Assembly: GCF_000014785.1 (NCBI RefSeq)
Contig: NC_008340.1
Span: 180,001 to 212,000 of the forward strand
Source: Alkalilimnicola ehrlichii MLHE-1
GTDB taxonomy: Bacteria; Pseudomonadota; Gammaproteobacteria; Nitrococcales; Halorhodospiraceae
DNA length: 32,000 nt
Direction: 5' to 3'
Positions 8,481 to 21,967 of this stretch are shown piece by piece. The translations under genes were made by a program, and so were the position numbers. Each line of letters begins with the position of its first letter. Position 1 is the first letter of the stretch. Under the pieces are notes generated by a model. The model worked only from the letters and a program-made list of their open reading frames with translations. It did not search any database and was not told where the DNA came from.

Positions 8481-9878
8481 TCAGCGGGCCCCCCGCCCGA
8501 ACAGGACGACCTTGACGGTTTCCAGCAGGATGACGATGTCCAGGAACAGGGTGTGGTTCTTGACGTAGTAGAGGTCGTACTGGAGCTTCTCCCGCGCATC
8601 GTGCACCGAGGCGCCGTAGGCGTAACGCACCTGTGCCCAGCCGGTGATGCCAGGGCGGATGCTGTGCCGTGCCAGGAAATAGGGGATCTGCTCACTGAGC
8701 TGCTCGACGAAGAAGGGCCGCTCCGGCCGTGGGCCGACGAAGGACATCTCGCCCTTGAAGACATTGATGACCTGGGGCAGTTCGTCGATGCGCAGCTTAC
8801 GGATGACGCGCCCGACGCGGGTGATGCGGTCGTCGTCGCCTTGTGCCCAGCGGGCCACGCCGTCGCGCTCCGCATCCTGGCGCATGCTACGGAACTTGTA
8901 GATGTCGAACGGCTCATTGCCCTGACCCACCCGGGTCTGGCGGTAAAAGACCGGTCCGGGGCTGTCCAGGCGGATGGCCAGGGCGGTGATCAGGATCACC
9001 GGAAGGGTGAGCAGCAGCAGGACGGAACTGGCCGTCAGGTCGAAGCAGCGCTTGACGGTGTTGCGGAAGCGGTCCTGGCGGAAGCCGCTGCCGAACACGA
9101 GCCAGCTGGTGTTCAGTGAGTCGAGCCGGAGTTGTTGGCGCTCACGCTCGAAGAAGGTGGAGATGTCGGTGATCCGTGCCCCATGCAGCTTGCAGTCCAG
9201 CAGCTCGCGGATGGGCAGGTTGCCCCGCCGGTCGCGTACCGCAACCACCAGTTCATGGGCCCGGTGCTCACGCATCAGATCCAGCAGCGTTTGCCCCTCC
9301 TCCCGGTGGATAACCCGGCTGGGGCACATGTCCACATGGCCGTCGTCGACCGGCGCGATGTACGCCAGCACCTTGTAGGGCAGCTCCTCCGGCCGCTTGT
9401 CCGGGTGCACGTGCTCCACCGCGGCAGCCCGGGAGCCGGTGCCCAGCACCAGCAGCCGGTGTTTGAACGCCTCCTGGGCGGTCACACTGCGGTAGAGGCT
9501 GCGCTCTGCCACCAGCCCCACCGAGGCCAGCGCCAGGCCGATGGAGATGGTGCCGTTCTGCAGCGTGGCCGCCGGGGCGACCAGCCCGTAGGCGGCGACG
9601 ATGCCCAGGGCGACCAGCAGGCCCACGGCGATGCGCAGCACCACCAGATGCCAGCCCTGGATCGCCACCAGTTGGTCGGGTTCGTACAGGCCCAGCAGGC
9701 TGAGGCTGAGCAGGGCGATCAGGGCGGTGGCCAGCAGTTCCATGGTGACCGCCCCGGGCACCAGGCTGCCGTCGGCCTGCACCAGCAGGGCCAGGGCCAG
9801 ACAGCCGTAGATGATCAGCCCCTCCACACCGGCAAGCAGCAGCACCTTGCGTGGCACGTGGTGTCCGAAGATGCGCAC
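8481..9878 (-). CDS. Exopolysaccharide sugar transferase (undecaprenyl-phosphate glycosylphosphotransferase), TIGR03013-like PEP-CTERM-associated type
   Basis: N-terminal TM helices and a CoA-binding-like domain, then KRCFDLTASSVLLLLTLPVILITALAIRLDSPGPVFYRQTRVGQGNEPFDIYKFRSM...LRKLRIDELPQVINVFKGEMSFVGPRPERP...GITGWAQVRYAYG. Confidence 0.92.
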   Translation of the reverse strand: MRIFGHHVPRKVLLLAGVEGLIIYGCLALALLVQADGSLVPGAVTMELLATALIALLSLSLLGLYEPDQLVAIQGWHLVVLRIAVGLLVALGIVAAYGLVAPAATLQNGTISIGLALASVGLVAERSLYRSVTAQEAFKHRLLVLGTGSRAAAVEHVHPDKRPEELPYKVLAYIAPVDDGHVDMCPSRVIHREEGQTLLDLMREHRAHELVVAVRDRRGNLPIRELLDCKLHGARITDISTFFERERQQLRLDSLNTSWLVFGSGFRQDRFRNTVKRCFDLTASSVLLLLTLPVILITALAIRLDSPGPVFYRQTRVGQGNEPFDIYKFRSMRQDAERDGVARWAQGDDDRITRVGRVIRKLRIDELPQVINVFKGEMSFVGPRPERPFFVEQLSEQIPYFLARHSIRPGITGWAQVRYAYGASVHDAREKLQYDLYYVKNHTLFLDIVILLETVKVVLFGRGAR

Positions 9879-9910
9879 CGTGGCCGTTCCTCGCGATCCG
9901 TGCTAAGTGG

Positions 9911-10537
9911 TTAAAAGAAGCGTTCCGGGATAATTAGGGTATCGCCCGGCAACACGTCGACATTGGCGGTGATGTCGCCGCCATTGACCAGGTCGTCGAG
10001 ACGCACCCGGTACTGCTTCCGCTCTCCGTTTTCGTGGCGGATGATCACCGCCCGGTTGCCGGCGGCGAAATCGGTGATACCCCCGACTGCGATCATCACG
10101 TCCAGCACCGTCATGTGCTCGCGGTACTGCAGGGCCTGGGGCTGCGCCGCCTGACCGATCACCCGCACCTGGCGGTCGTAGGGGCCGGCGAAGCCGGTGA
10201 CCACCACCGTGACCACCGGGTCACGGATGTAACGGCTGAGCTCTTCCTCCATGGTCCGCGCCAGCTCGGTGGGGGTAACGCCGCTGGCCTGCACGTCCTC
10301 GACCAGGGGCGTGGTGATCTGGCCGTCTGGGCGGACGGGGACCGAGGTGGACAGGTCCGGGTTACGCCAGACGCTGACGTTGAGGGTGTCCCCCGGCCCG
10401 ATGATGTATTGGTCCAGATGGCGCTCCTCGACCTCGTTGGGCGCATCCGGGTGGGTGCCGGCGCAGGCCGCCAGCAGGCCGCCCAGCCAGAGGACGCAGA
10501 GGCCTCGCCAGAATCCGGGACGCCCAAATCGAGACAT
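9911..10537 (-). CDS. Polysaccharide biosynthesis/export lipoprotein (Wza-like, PEP-CTERM-associated)
   Basis: MSRFGRPGFWRGLCVLWLGGLLAACAG (lipobox), YIIGPGDTLNVSVWRNPDLSTSVPVRPDGQITTPLVEDVQASG, SLBB-like domain, VLPGDTLIIPERFF. ATG at 10537 has a GGAG upstream, so it is preferred to the track start at 10588. Confidence 0.9.
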   Translation of the reverse strand: MSRFGRPGFWRGLCVLWLGGLLAACAGTHPDAPNEVEERHLDQYIIGPGDTLNVSVWRNPDLSTSVPVRPDGQITTPLVEDVQASGVTPTELARTMEEELSRYIRDPVVTVVVTGFAGPYDRQVRVIGQAAQPQALQYREHMTVLDVMIAVGGITDFAAGNRAVIIRHENGERKQYRVRLDDLVNGGDITANVDVLPGDTLIIPERFF

Positions 10538-10780
10538 GTCCTTACTCCTTATCATCATCGTGTTCTCTGAAGCACGGCTTATGAGCACCGGAATATGTGC
10601 TCCCGGTATCCAAAGTGAAGCACAGGTTGCGTCAGGTTCCAGCGGTGCTGATCCCGGACATCGAGCGGTGATACCCCGGTCACACCGGCCAGGGGCTGCA
10701 CATCCGACGCTGTATGCTACACCTAAGTATGACTAATACGAGTTAATTGGGCGTGATGAAAGGGTAGAGCCACCGCCACC

Positions 10781-10900
10781 GTCACGGCGAGCGGCGGGTT
10801 CGCTGCCACCGTCACGGCGAGCGGAGGGTTCGCTGCCATCGCCACGGCGAGGGGCGGGTTCGCCTCCACCGTCACTGCGAGGAGCGGGTTCGTCTCCACC
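10781..10900 (+). repeat. Tandem head fragments, 30 bp period, four units leading into copy 3
   Basis: GTCACGGCGAGCGGCGGGTTCGCTGCCACC-type units start at 10781, 10811, 10841 and 10871; the next start is 10901. Confidence 0.9.
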
Positions 10901-10975
10901 GTCACTGCGAGGAGCGAAGCGACGTGGCAGTCTACCGCTCTGGATCGCCACGGGCCCTCGGCCCTCGCAATGACG
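10899..10975 (+). repeat. Interspersed repeat copy 3
   Basis: CCGTCACTGCGAGGAGCGAAGCGACGTGGCAGTCTACCGCTCTGGATCGCCACGGGCCCTCGGCCCTCGCAATGACG. Confidence 0.9.
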
Positions 10976-10996
10976 AGAGGAAAGCCTTCGCCCCCA

Positions 10997-11076
10997 CCGT
11001 CACTGCGAGGAGGCGAAGCCGACGCGGCAGTCTACCGCCCTGGATCGCCACGGGCCTTCGGCCCTCGCGATGACGG
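10997..11076 (+). repeat. Interspersed repeat copy 4, with a flanking extension to about 11135
   Basis: Full core, then GGTGCCCCGTTCCTCGTTGATTCGGGCCCGCGCAGCGGGG...GGGCTCGCGACGAC. The extension recurs at 15421-15480. Confidence 0.88.
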
Positions 11077-11317
11077 GGGTGCCCCGTTCCTCGTTGATTC
11101 GGGCCCGCGCAGCGGGGAGGGGGGCTCGCGACGACAGAAGTGAAGCGTCCGCTCCTCGCGATGAGTGAAGTGAAGCGTTCGCTCGCGATGACGGAAGGAA
11201 GCCTTGGGACAGGCGATGGCGGAAGCACTTTGCTGGCCATCAGGGTTGTTCAGCGGTTTGTCAGGGTCCGGGGCTGTCCGGGCGTGAATATGCGGGCCTA
11301 TCGGGAGCCCAGTCACA

Positions 11318-11956
11318 ATGGATATCAAGACGCTGGTCAACGAGTACCGGACGGCGTGGGAGGGCACGCTGCGGGGGCTGAACTGGCCGGAGCGCCTGAG
11401 AAAGCTGGACGAGATCCACGCCGAACTCTACAAACGGGTGGGTAACGAGATCGCCTTTCGCCGGGCCTCGCCGGAACTGGTCGCCGAGCTGATCCGCGGC
11501 CTCGGTCAGCCGCCGGTCAACAGCCTGGCGCAGGCGCGGATCTACGCCAATTCGGGCGACCCGCGCCACCGGCGGGCGTCGGAGAAATACATGGCCCAGC
11601 AGCCCCTGGGTGAGCTGGCTCGCGAGACGCCCGGGTACTCGGATGACACACCGGCCTACTGGGTGGACCGCCGACGCCACCGGCGGGTGCCGCAGGGCTG
11701 TCCGGTGAGCCTCTGGGCCCACGGCCGACGCACCGAGTGCGCGATGCGGGACCTCTCCCGGGGCGGGGCGGCGGTGGAGGATTGTGATGGATTGAACCCC
11801 GGGGATCGGGTGTCCGTGCGTATTCCCGGGTTCGGCATGAAGCTGGCGGCGGTGGTGCGCACCCGGGTCAACCGGATCGGATTGGCCTTTGAGTCGCAAC
11901 TGCCCTGGGAGCCGCGGCCGGCGACCCAGCCGTCGCCGATGGCCCAGGCGCACTGA
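11318..11956 (+). CDS. PilZ-domain (putative c-di-GMP-binding) protein
   Basis: C-terminal half carries RRRHRRVPQ (RxxxR type) and DLSRGGAAVE (D/NxSxxG) about 30 residues later. The N-terminal half is not recognised. Confidence 0.8.
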   Translation: MDIKTLVNEYRTAWEGTLRGLNWPERLRKLDEIHAELYKRVGNEIAFRRASPELVAELIRGLGQPPVNSLAQARIYANSGDPRHRRASEKYMAQQPLGELARETPGYSDDTPAYWVDRRRHRRVPQGCPVSLWAHGRRTECAMRDLSRGGAAVEDCDGLNPGDRVSVRIPGFGMKLAAVVRTRVNRIGLAFESQLPWEPRPATQPSPMAQAH

Positions 11957-12008
11957 ACCGTAGGCCCCCGAGCCGCCCATGCCCCGCGAAAGCCCTCCCC
12001 GGTATTGA

Positions 12009-12752
12009 ATGGCGTTGCGTAGCCTCGCCGATTGGTTGCTGCCGCCCAGCGGGCCCTTGCTACTGGCCCTGCTGGGCCTGCTGCTGTCGCGTTGGCGCCC
12101 GGGCCGGCTGCTCCTCCTGCTGGGGCTACTGCTCGCCTGGCTCAGCGCCCTGCCGCCGGTGGGTTACGCGCTCATGGATGGTCTGCAGGCCGACTGCCCG
12201 CCGGTGCAGCCGGCGCAGTTGCGCGACGCCCAGGCCATTGTGGTGCTCGGTGCCGGTTACCGCAGCGGCGCGGACGAGTTCAGCGGCGAGACGGTGAACG
12301 ACTTGGCGTTGGTGCGGCTGCGCTACGCCGCCTATCTGCACCGCGAGACCGGGCTGCCGGTGATCGCCAGCGGTGGGGCTGCCACCGATCGCGAGCCAGA
12401 GGCGCGCTGGATGGCGGAGGTGCTGGCGGAATTCGGTGTGGACCCCATACTCACGGAGAGTGAGGCGCGGGATACTTGGGGTAATGCGCAGCATACAGCA
12501 GAGCTGTTGGCCCGGCAGGGCCTGTCGCGCGTGGCGCTGGTCTCCCATGCGCACCACATGCCGCGGGCGGTCTGGGCCTTCGAGCAGGCAGGCGTAACCG
12601 TGCTGCCGGCCCCCACCGGCGCCTTTGTGCCCCACGACCGCGGCTGGTCCTGGGGGATGTTGCGGCCCCAGGCCAACGCCCTGCGCATGAGCTGGCTGGC
12701 CATGCACGAGTACCTGGGGTTATTCTGGTATCGCTGGATGCGGGGTGACTGA
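12009..12752 (+). CDS. YdcF/ElyC/SanA-family (DUF218) envelope protein
   Basis: N-terminal TM segments, AIVVLGAGYRSG, GLPVIASGGAATDREPEARWMAEVLAEFGV, ESEARDTWGNAQHTAELL, VSHAHHMPRAVWAFEQAG. Confidence 0.9.
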   Translation: MALRSLADWLLPPSGPLLLALLGLLLSRWRPGRLLLLLGLLLAWLSALPPVGYALMDGLQADCPPVQPAQLRDAQAIVVLGAGYRSGADEFSGETVNDLALVRLRYAAYLHRETGLPVIASGGAATDREPEARWMAEVLAEFGVDPILTESEARDTWGNAQHTAELLARQGLSRVALVSHAHHMPRAVWAFEQAGVTVLPAPTGAFVPHDRGWSWGMLRPQANALRMSWLAMHEYLGLFWYRWMRGD

Positions 12753-12773
12753 GGCCATGGGCCGGGGGATGCG

Positions 12774-13769
12774 ATGCGGGTACTGGTAACCGGCGGCGCC
12801 GGATACATCGGCAGCCATGTGGTGCGCCAACTGCTGGCAGCGGGCCACGAGCCGGTGGTGTACGACAATCTGAGCACCGGCTTTGCCTGGGCGGTGGGCG
12901 AGGCGCCGCTGGTGCGGGCCGACCTGGCGGATACGGCGCAGTTGGCGGAGACCCTGGCCCGCCACGCCTTCGATGCCGTGCTCCATTTTGCCGCCCATAC
13001 CGTGGTGCCGGAGTCGCTGAGCGATCCGCTTCGCTATTACGGCAACAACACCCGGAACACCTGGCAACTGCTCCAGGCCTGCCACGAGGCTGGGGTGAAG
13101 CGGTTCGTCTTCTCCTCCACCGCGGCGGTCTACGGCATGCCCGAGACCATGCCGGTGGCCGAGGACGCCCCGTTGGCGCCCATCAACCCCTATGGCGCCT
13201 CGAAGATGATGTCTGAGCGCATGCTCATGGACCTGGGGGCGGCCAGCGACCTGCGCTATGTGTGCCTGCGCTATTTCAACGTGGCCGGGGCCGAGCCGTC
13301 GGGGCGACTGGGGCAGGCGACGCCCCAGGCCACCCACCTGATCAAAGTGGCCTGCGAGGCCGCTGTCGGGCGGCGCGACGGGGTCACCGTCTTCGGCACC
13401 GACTACGCCACGCCGGACGGTACCTGTGTGCGGGACTTCATCCACGTGGAGGACCTGGCCCGGGCCCATATCCAGGCCCTGTCCCACCTAGTGGATGGCG
13501 GCGACTCGCAAGTGTTGAACTGCGGCTATGGTCGTGGCTACAGCGTGCTGGAGGTGCTGGAGGCCGTGAAGCGGCTGAGTGGCGCGGACTTTCCCGTCAC
13601 CCTGGGGACGCGGCGTGCCGGCGATCCGGCGCAGGTGGTGGCGGACAACCGGCGCATCCTGCGCACTCTGGACTGGAGCCCGCGCTACGCTGACCTGGAC
13701 ACCATCGTCGCCCACGCCCTGGCCTGGGAGCGCGACGGGTTGCTGGCACGCCGCGGGCCCCGACGGTAA
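12774..13769 (+). CDS. galE: UDP-glucose 4-epimerase
   Basis: MRVLVTGGAGYIGSHVVRQLLAAGHEPVVYDNLSTG; YGASKMMSERM catalytic YxxxK; CLRYFNVAGAEPSG. Confidence 0.93.
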   Translation: MRVLVTGGAGYIGSHVVRQLLAAGHEPVVYDNLSTGFAWAVGEAPLVRADLADTAQLAETLARHAFDAVLHFAAHTVVPESLSDPLRYYGNNTRNTWQLLQACHEAGVKRFVFSSTAAVYGMPETMPVAEDAPLAPINPYGASKMMSERMLMDLGAASDLRYVCLRYFNVAGAEPSGRLGQATPQATHLIKVACEAAVGRRDGVTVFGTDYATPDGTCVRDFIHVEDLARAHIQALSHLVDGGDSQVLNCGYGRGYSVLEVLEAVKRLSGADFPVTLGTRRAGDPAQVVADNRRILRTLDWSPRYADLDTIVAHALAWERDGLLARRGPRR

Positions 13770-13783
13770 CGCCGTCCCGGGCC

Positions 13784-15097
13784 TTAGTCCTCAGGCTGCT
13801 CGCCCTCGACGCGGTTCCGACCGCGGTCCTTGGCCCGGTAGAGGGCGTCGTCGGCCCGTTTCACCAACTGATCCAGACCCTCACCGGGTCGGAAGCTGGC
13901 CAGCCCCAGACTGACCGTGACACCGTGGGTGTCGGCGCGCGCCCTCTCCGCGATCCGGGCGCGCAGGCGTTCGGCCAGTTGCAGGGCGCTGTGCCGATCG
14001 GTGTCAGGCAGCACGATGAGGAATTCCTCCCCTCCCCAGCGGCCGATCAGGTCGACGGCCCGCAGGTTCTCCTTGCAGCGCCGGATAAGCGTTTGCAGCA
14101 CCCGGTCGCCCACGTTATGGCCGTACTGGTCGTTGACGCGTTTGAAGTGGTCCACGTCCAGCAGGGCCACCGACAGGGCATCGCCGTGCCGGTTGCTCCG
14201 TTCCATCTCCCGCGCCAGGGCCTGCTCAATGCGGCGCCGGTTGAGTGCCCCGGTCAACTGATCGAAGGTGGCCTCCCGCTCCAGCGCGTCCTGGAGGGCC
14301 TTTCGCTCGCTGATGTCCTGTAGCACCCAGACGAAGCCCTGGGACAGGTCACAGGGGTCCAGCGGGCGGCCCAGCAGGGAGACGGTGATGACTTCGCCGT
14401 CGGCCCGTACGAATTCCCGTTCGATCTCCGAGGTGCGGCCCTGGCGCAGCACCGGGTAGACGGCCTCGCCGGTGGCCTCGTAGTCGGTGTGGCTCGTGTA
14501 TAGGAAGGCGGTGGTCCGGCCCAACACCTCCTCCGCCCGGTAGCCGGTCATGCGCAAGAAGGCGGGGTTGCAATGCAGGATACGGCGCTCGCCGTCCAGG
14601 AACAGCAGCCCGACCGGACTGTGCTCGATGATGGCCTCCAGCGAGGCTTGGGCGGCGCGCGCCTCCGCCTCCAGGGCCTTGCGCCGGGAGATGTCCCGCC
14701 AGACGACTAGAATTTTGGACCGTTCATCTCGGTCCAGGCCGGTCAAAAGCACCTCGACCCAAATCGGACTGCCGTCCGCCTTGAGGTGCTGCCACTCAAA
14801 GCGTTGCGAACCCCGCGCCCGGGCCTGGGCCACCACCTCGCGGGACCGTTTGGCGGAGCTGTGGCCGTCGGGCTGGCAGACCGGCGAGATCTCCTCGGGG
14901 GTGCGTCCGAGCAGTTGGCCGACGTCCTCGTAGCCCAGAAGCTCGGCCGCCGCCCGGTTACAGACCACGAACCGGTGGCCCTCGATGATCAGCATGCCGT
15001 CGGGGTTTTGCTCGAATACCCGCTGGTAAAGCCGGGACTCACCCGCGGAATCGGTGGTGCGATGCTGGGTGGCTGAGGGCTGGCGATTTCGGTCCAT
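13784..15097 (-). CDS. PAS-PAS-GGDEF diguanylate cyclase
   Basis: Two PAS regions (FEQNPDGMLIIEG...; IIEHSPVGLLFLDGERRILHCNPAFLRMTGY), GGEEF active site, and an RxxD I-site in RAVDLIGRWGGEEF. Confidence 0.93.
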   Translation of the reverse strand: MDRNRQPSATQHRTTDSAGESRLYQRVFEQNPDGMLIIEGHRFVVCNRAAAELLGYEDVGQLLGRTPEEISPVCQPDGHSSAKRSREVVAQARARGSQRFEWQHLKADGSPIWVEVLLTGLDRDERSKILVVWRDISRRKALEAEARAAQASLEAIIEHSPVGLLFLDGERRILHCNPAFLRMTGYRAEEVLGRTTAFLYTSHTDYEATGEAVYPVLRQGRTSEIEREFVRADGEVITVSLLGRPLDPCDLSQGFVWVLQDISERKALQDALEREATFDQLTGALNRRRIEQALAREMERSNRHGDALSVALLDVDHFKRVNDQYGHNVGDRVLQTLIRRCKENLRAVDLIGRWGGEEFLIVLPDTDRHSALQLAERLRARIAERARADTHGVTVSLGLASFRPGEGLDQLVKRADDALYRAKDRGRNRVEGEQPED

Positions 15098-15201
15098 GGA
15101 TTGAGGCTAGTTCAGTTCGATCGGCAATACGATAGTATGAGGCACCTTTCTACTATACCTTGCCGGCGAACGGGAACGGCCCCTGCCACCGTCACAGCCC
15201 C

Positions 15202-15281
15202 CCGTCACTGCGAGGAGGCGGAGCCGACGCGGCAGTCTACCGCTCTGGATCGCCACGGCGCTGCGCGCCTCGCGATGACGG
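15202..15281 (+). repeat. Interspersed repeat copy 5
   Basis: CCGTCACTGCGAGGAGGCGGAGCCGACGCGGCAGTCTACCGCTCTGGATCGCCACGGCGCTGCGCGCCTCGCGATGACGG. The internal hairpin arm has changed (GGCGCTGCGCGCC). Confidence 0.9.
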
Positions 15282-15310
15282 GTGGAGGGCACGTGCTGTC
15301 ACAGCCCCCC

Positions 15311-15390
15311 CCGTCACTGCGAGGAGGCGAAGCCGACGTGGCAGTCTACCCCTCTGGATCGCCACGGGCCTTCGGCCCTCGCGATGACGG
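15311..15390 (+). repeat. Interspersed repeat copy 6, with the ~65 bp extension at about 15419-15482
   Basis: Full core, then GGGTGCCCCGTTCCTCGTTGATTCGGGCCCGCGCAGCGGGGCGGGGGGCTCGCGATGACGG, as after copy 4. Confidence 0.9.
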
Positions 15391-15533
15391 GGGGAAAGCC
15401 TTCGGCCCTGGCAATGACAGGGGTGCCCCGTTCCTCGTTGATTCGGGCCCGCGCAGCGGGGCGGGGGGCTCGCGATGACGGGGCGGACGTTTCCGTCATC
15501 GCGGTGCCAAAGGGTGCGTTCTCCGGCGTTGGC

Positions 15534-20890
<5,357 letters not shown>

Positions 20891-20998
20891 ATCCGGGGCG
20901 GCCGGCATTAGGCCAGTGGGTCACCGGCCACGGATCTGGCAGTATCTGCCGGCACGGCCCTGGAGGGTCGGTGCCGGCACTGACATCCGGTAAGGGCC

Positions 20999-21967
20999 AT
21001 CAAACCGTTATTCCTGCAAGGACCTTCCATCACCGTGCGACTGGTGCTGCTGGCGCTGGTCTCGGTGCTCTTGATGACCCTGGATCACCGCCAGCAACTG
21101 GCCGATCCGGTCCGCCAGGGCCTGGCCGCGGTGGTCTGGCCGGTGCAGCAGGCGGTGAGTTTGCCCATTGAGGCCAGCCAGCGCCTGGGCGAGCATCTGG
21201 CCAGTCGCCAGCAGTTGGTGGACGAGAACCGCGAGCTGCGCCGGCGCTACCTGCTCGACCAGGCACGGCTCCAGCGTCTGCAGGCATTGGAGATGGAGAA
21301 CCAGCGGCTGCGTGACCTGCTCGGCTCCTCGGGGCAGCTCGGCGAGACGGTGCTCATCGCCGAGCTCACCCGGGTGGACCTGGATCCCTACTCCCACCTG
21401 ATCCAGGTGGACAAGGGCAGTGTCCACCAGGTGACCGTGGGTCAGGCGGTCCTCGACGCCGAGGGGGTGATGGGGCAGGTGGACCGGGTGGGCACCCACG
21501 GGGCGATGGTGCGATTGATCACCGACCCCAGTCACGCCATTCCGGTGGAGGTCAACCGCAACGGCCTGCGCACCATCGCCCTGGGCACCGGCGACCTGAA
21601 CCGCCTGGAATTGGGCAGCGTGCCCATCAATGCCGATATCCAGTCCGGCGACCTGCTGGTGACCTCCGGGCTGGGGGGTGTCTTCCCGCGCGGGTACCCG
21701 GTGGCCGAGGTGGAGCGGGTGGTGCTGGATCCGGGCGAGCCCTTCGCCCGGGTCAGCGCCCGCCCGCTGGCGGCCTTGGACCGCAGCCGGAAAATGGTAC
21801 TGGTTCAGGGGGGCGCTCTCGGCCGGATGCCGGACCTGCCGGCGGTGGAGGCTCCGGCTGTGCCGTCGGCATCCGAACCGGCCCCAGCCCCAGGGGCGGT
21901 CCCGCCGGAGGAGGCCCCGGACGCCGCCTCCCCGCCGGCCGCTGTGCCGGGGGAGGAGGCGCAATGA
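20999..21967 (+). CDS. mreC: Rod-shape determining protein MreC (probable non-canonical ATC start; GTG at 21035 is the alternative)
   Basis: The in-frame reading from ATC 20999, IKPLFLQGPSITVRLVLLALVSVLLMTLDHRQ, matches the conserved gammaproteobacterial N-terminus MKPxFxxGPSxxxRL. Coiled coil and MreC beta domains follow. Confidence 0.9.
   Translation: MKPLFLQGPSITVRLVLLALVSVLLMTLDHRQQLADPVRQGLAAVVWPVQQAVSLPIEASQRLGEHLASRQQLVDENRELRRRYLLDQARLQRLQALEMENQRLRDLLGSSGQLGETVLIAELTRVDLDPYSHLIQVDKGSVHQVTVGQAVLDAEGVMGQVDRVGTHGAMVRLITDPSHAIPVEVNRNGLRTIALGTGDLNRLELGSVPINADIQSGDLLVTSGLGGVFPRGYPVAEVERVVLDPGEPFARVSARPLAALDRSRKMVLVQGGALGRMPDLPAVEAPAVPSASEPAPAPGAVPPEEAPDAASPPAAVPGEEAQ

Noticed and set aside
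10538-10780. Sigma-54 promoter for the EPS export/prs operon
   Set aside because: I scanned the minus-strand orientation for GG-N10-GC with -24/-12 context and found only wrong-spacing near misses, such as GC-N8-CC or GC-N9-CC on the plus strand.
10781-10930. Possible CRISPR array (30 bp period)
   Set aside because: The units are contiguous head-to-tail with no unique spacers, and no cas genes are present. The units are fragments of the interspersed element.
10723-11240. Minus-strand ORFs in the 10.7-11.2 kb region (60, 72 and 102 aa) with SDGG/RDGG periodic peptides
   Set aside because: The periodicity comes from the 30 bp DNA tandem repeats; no RBS or conserved protein is apparent.
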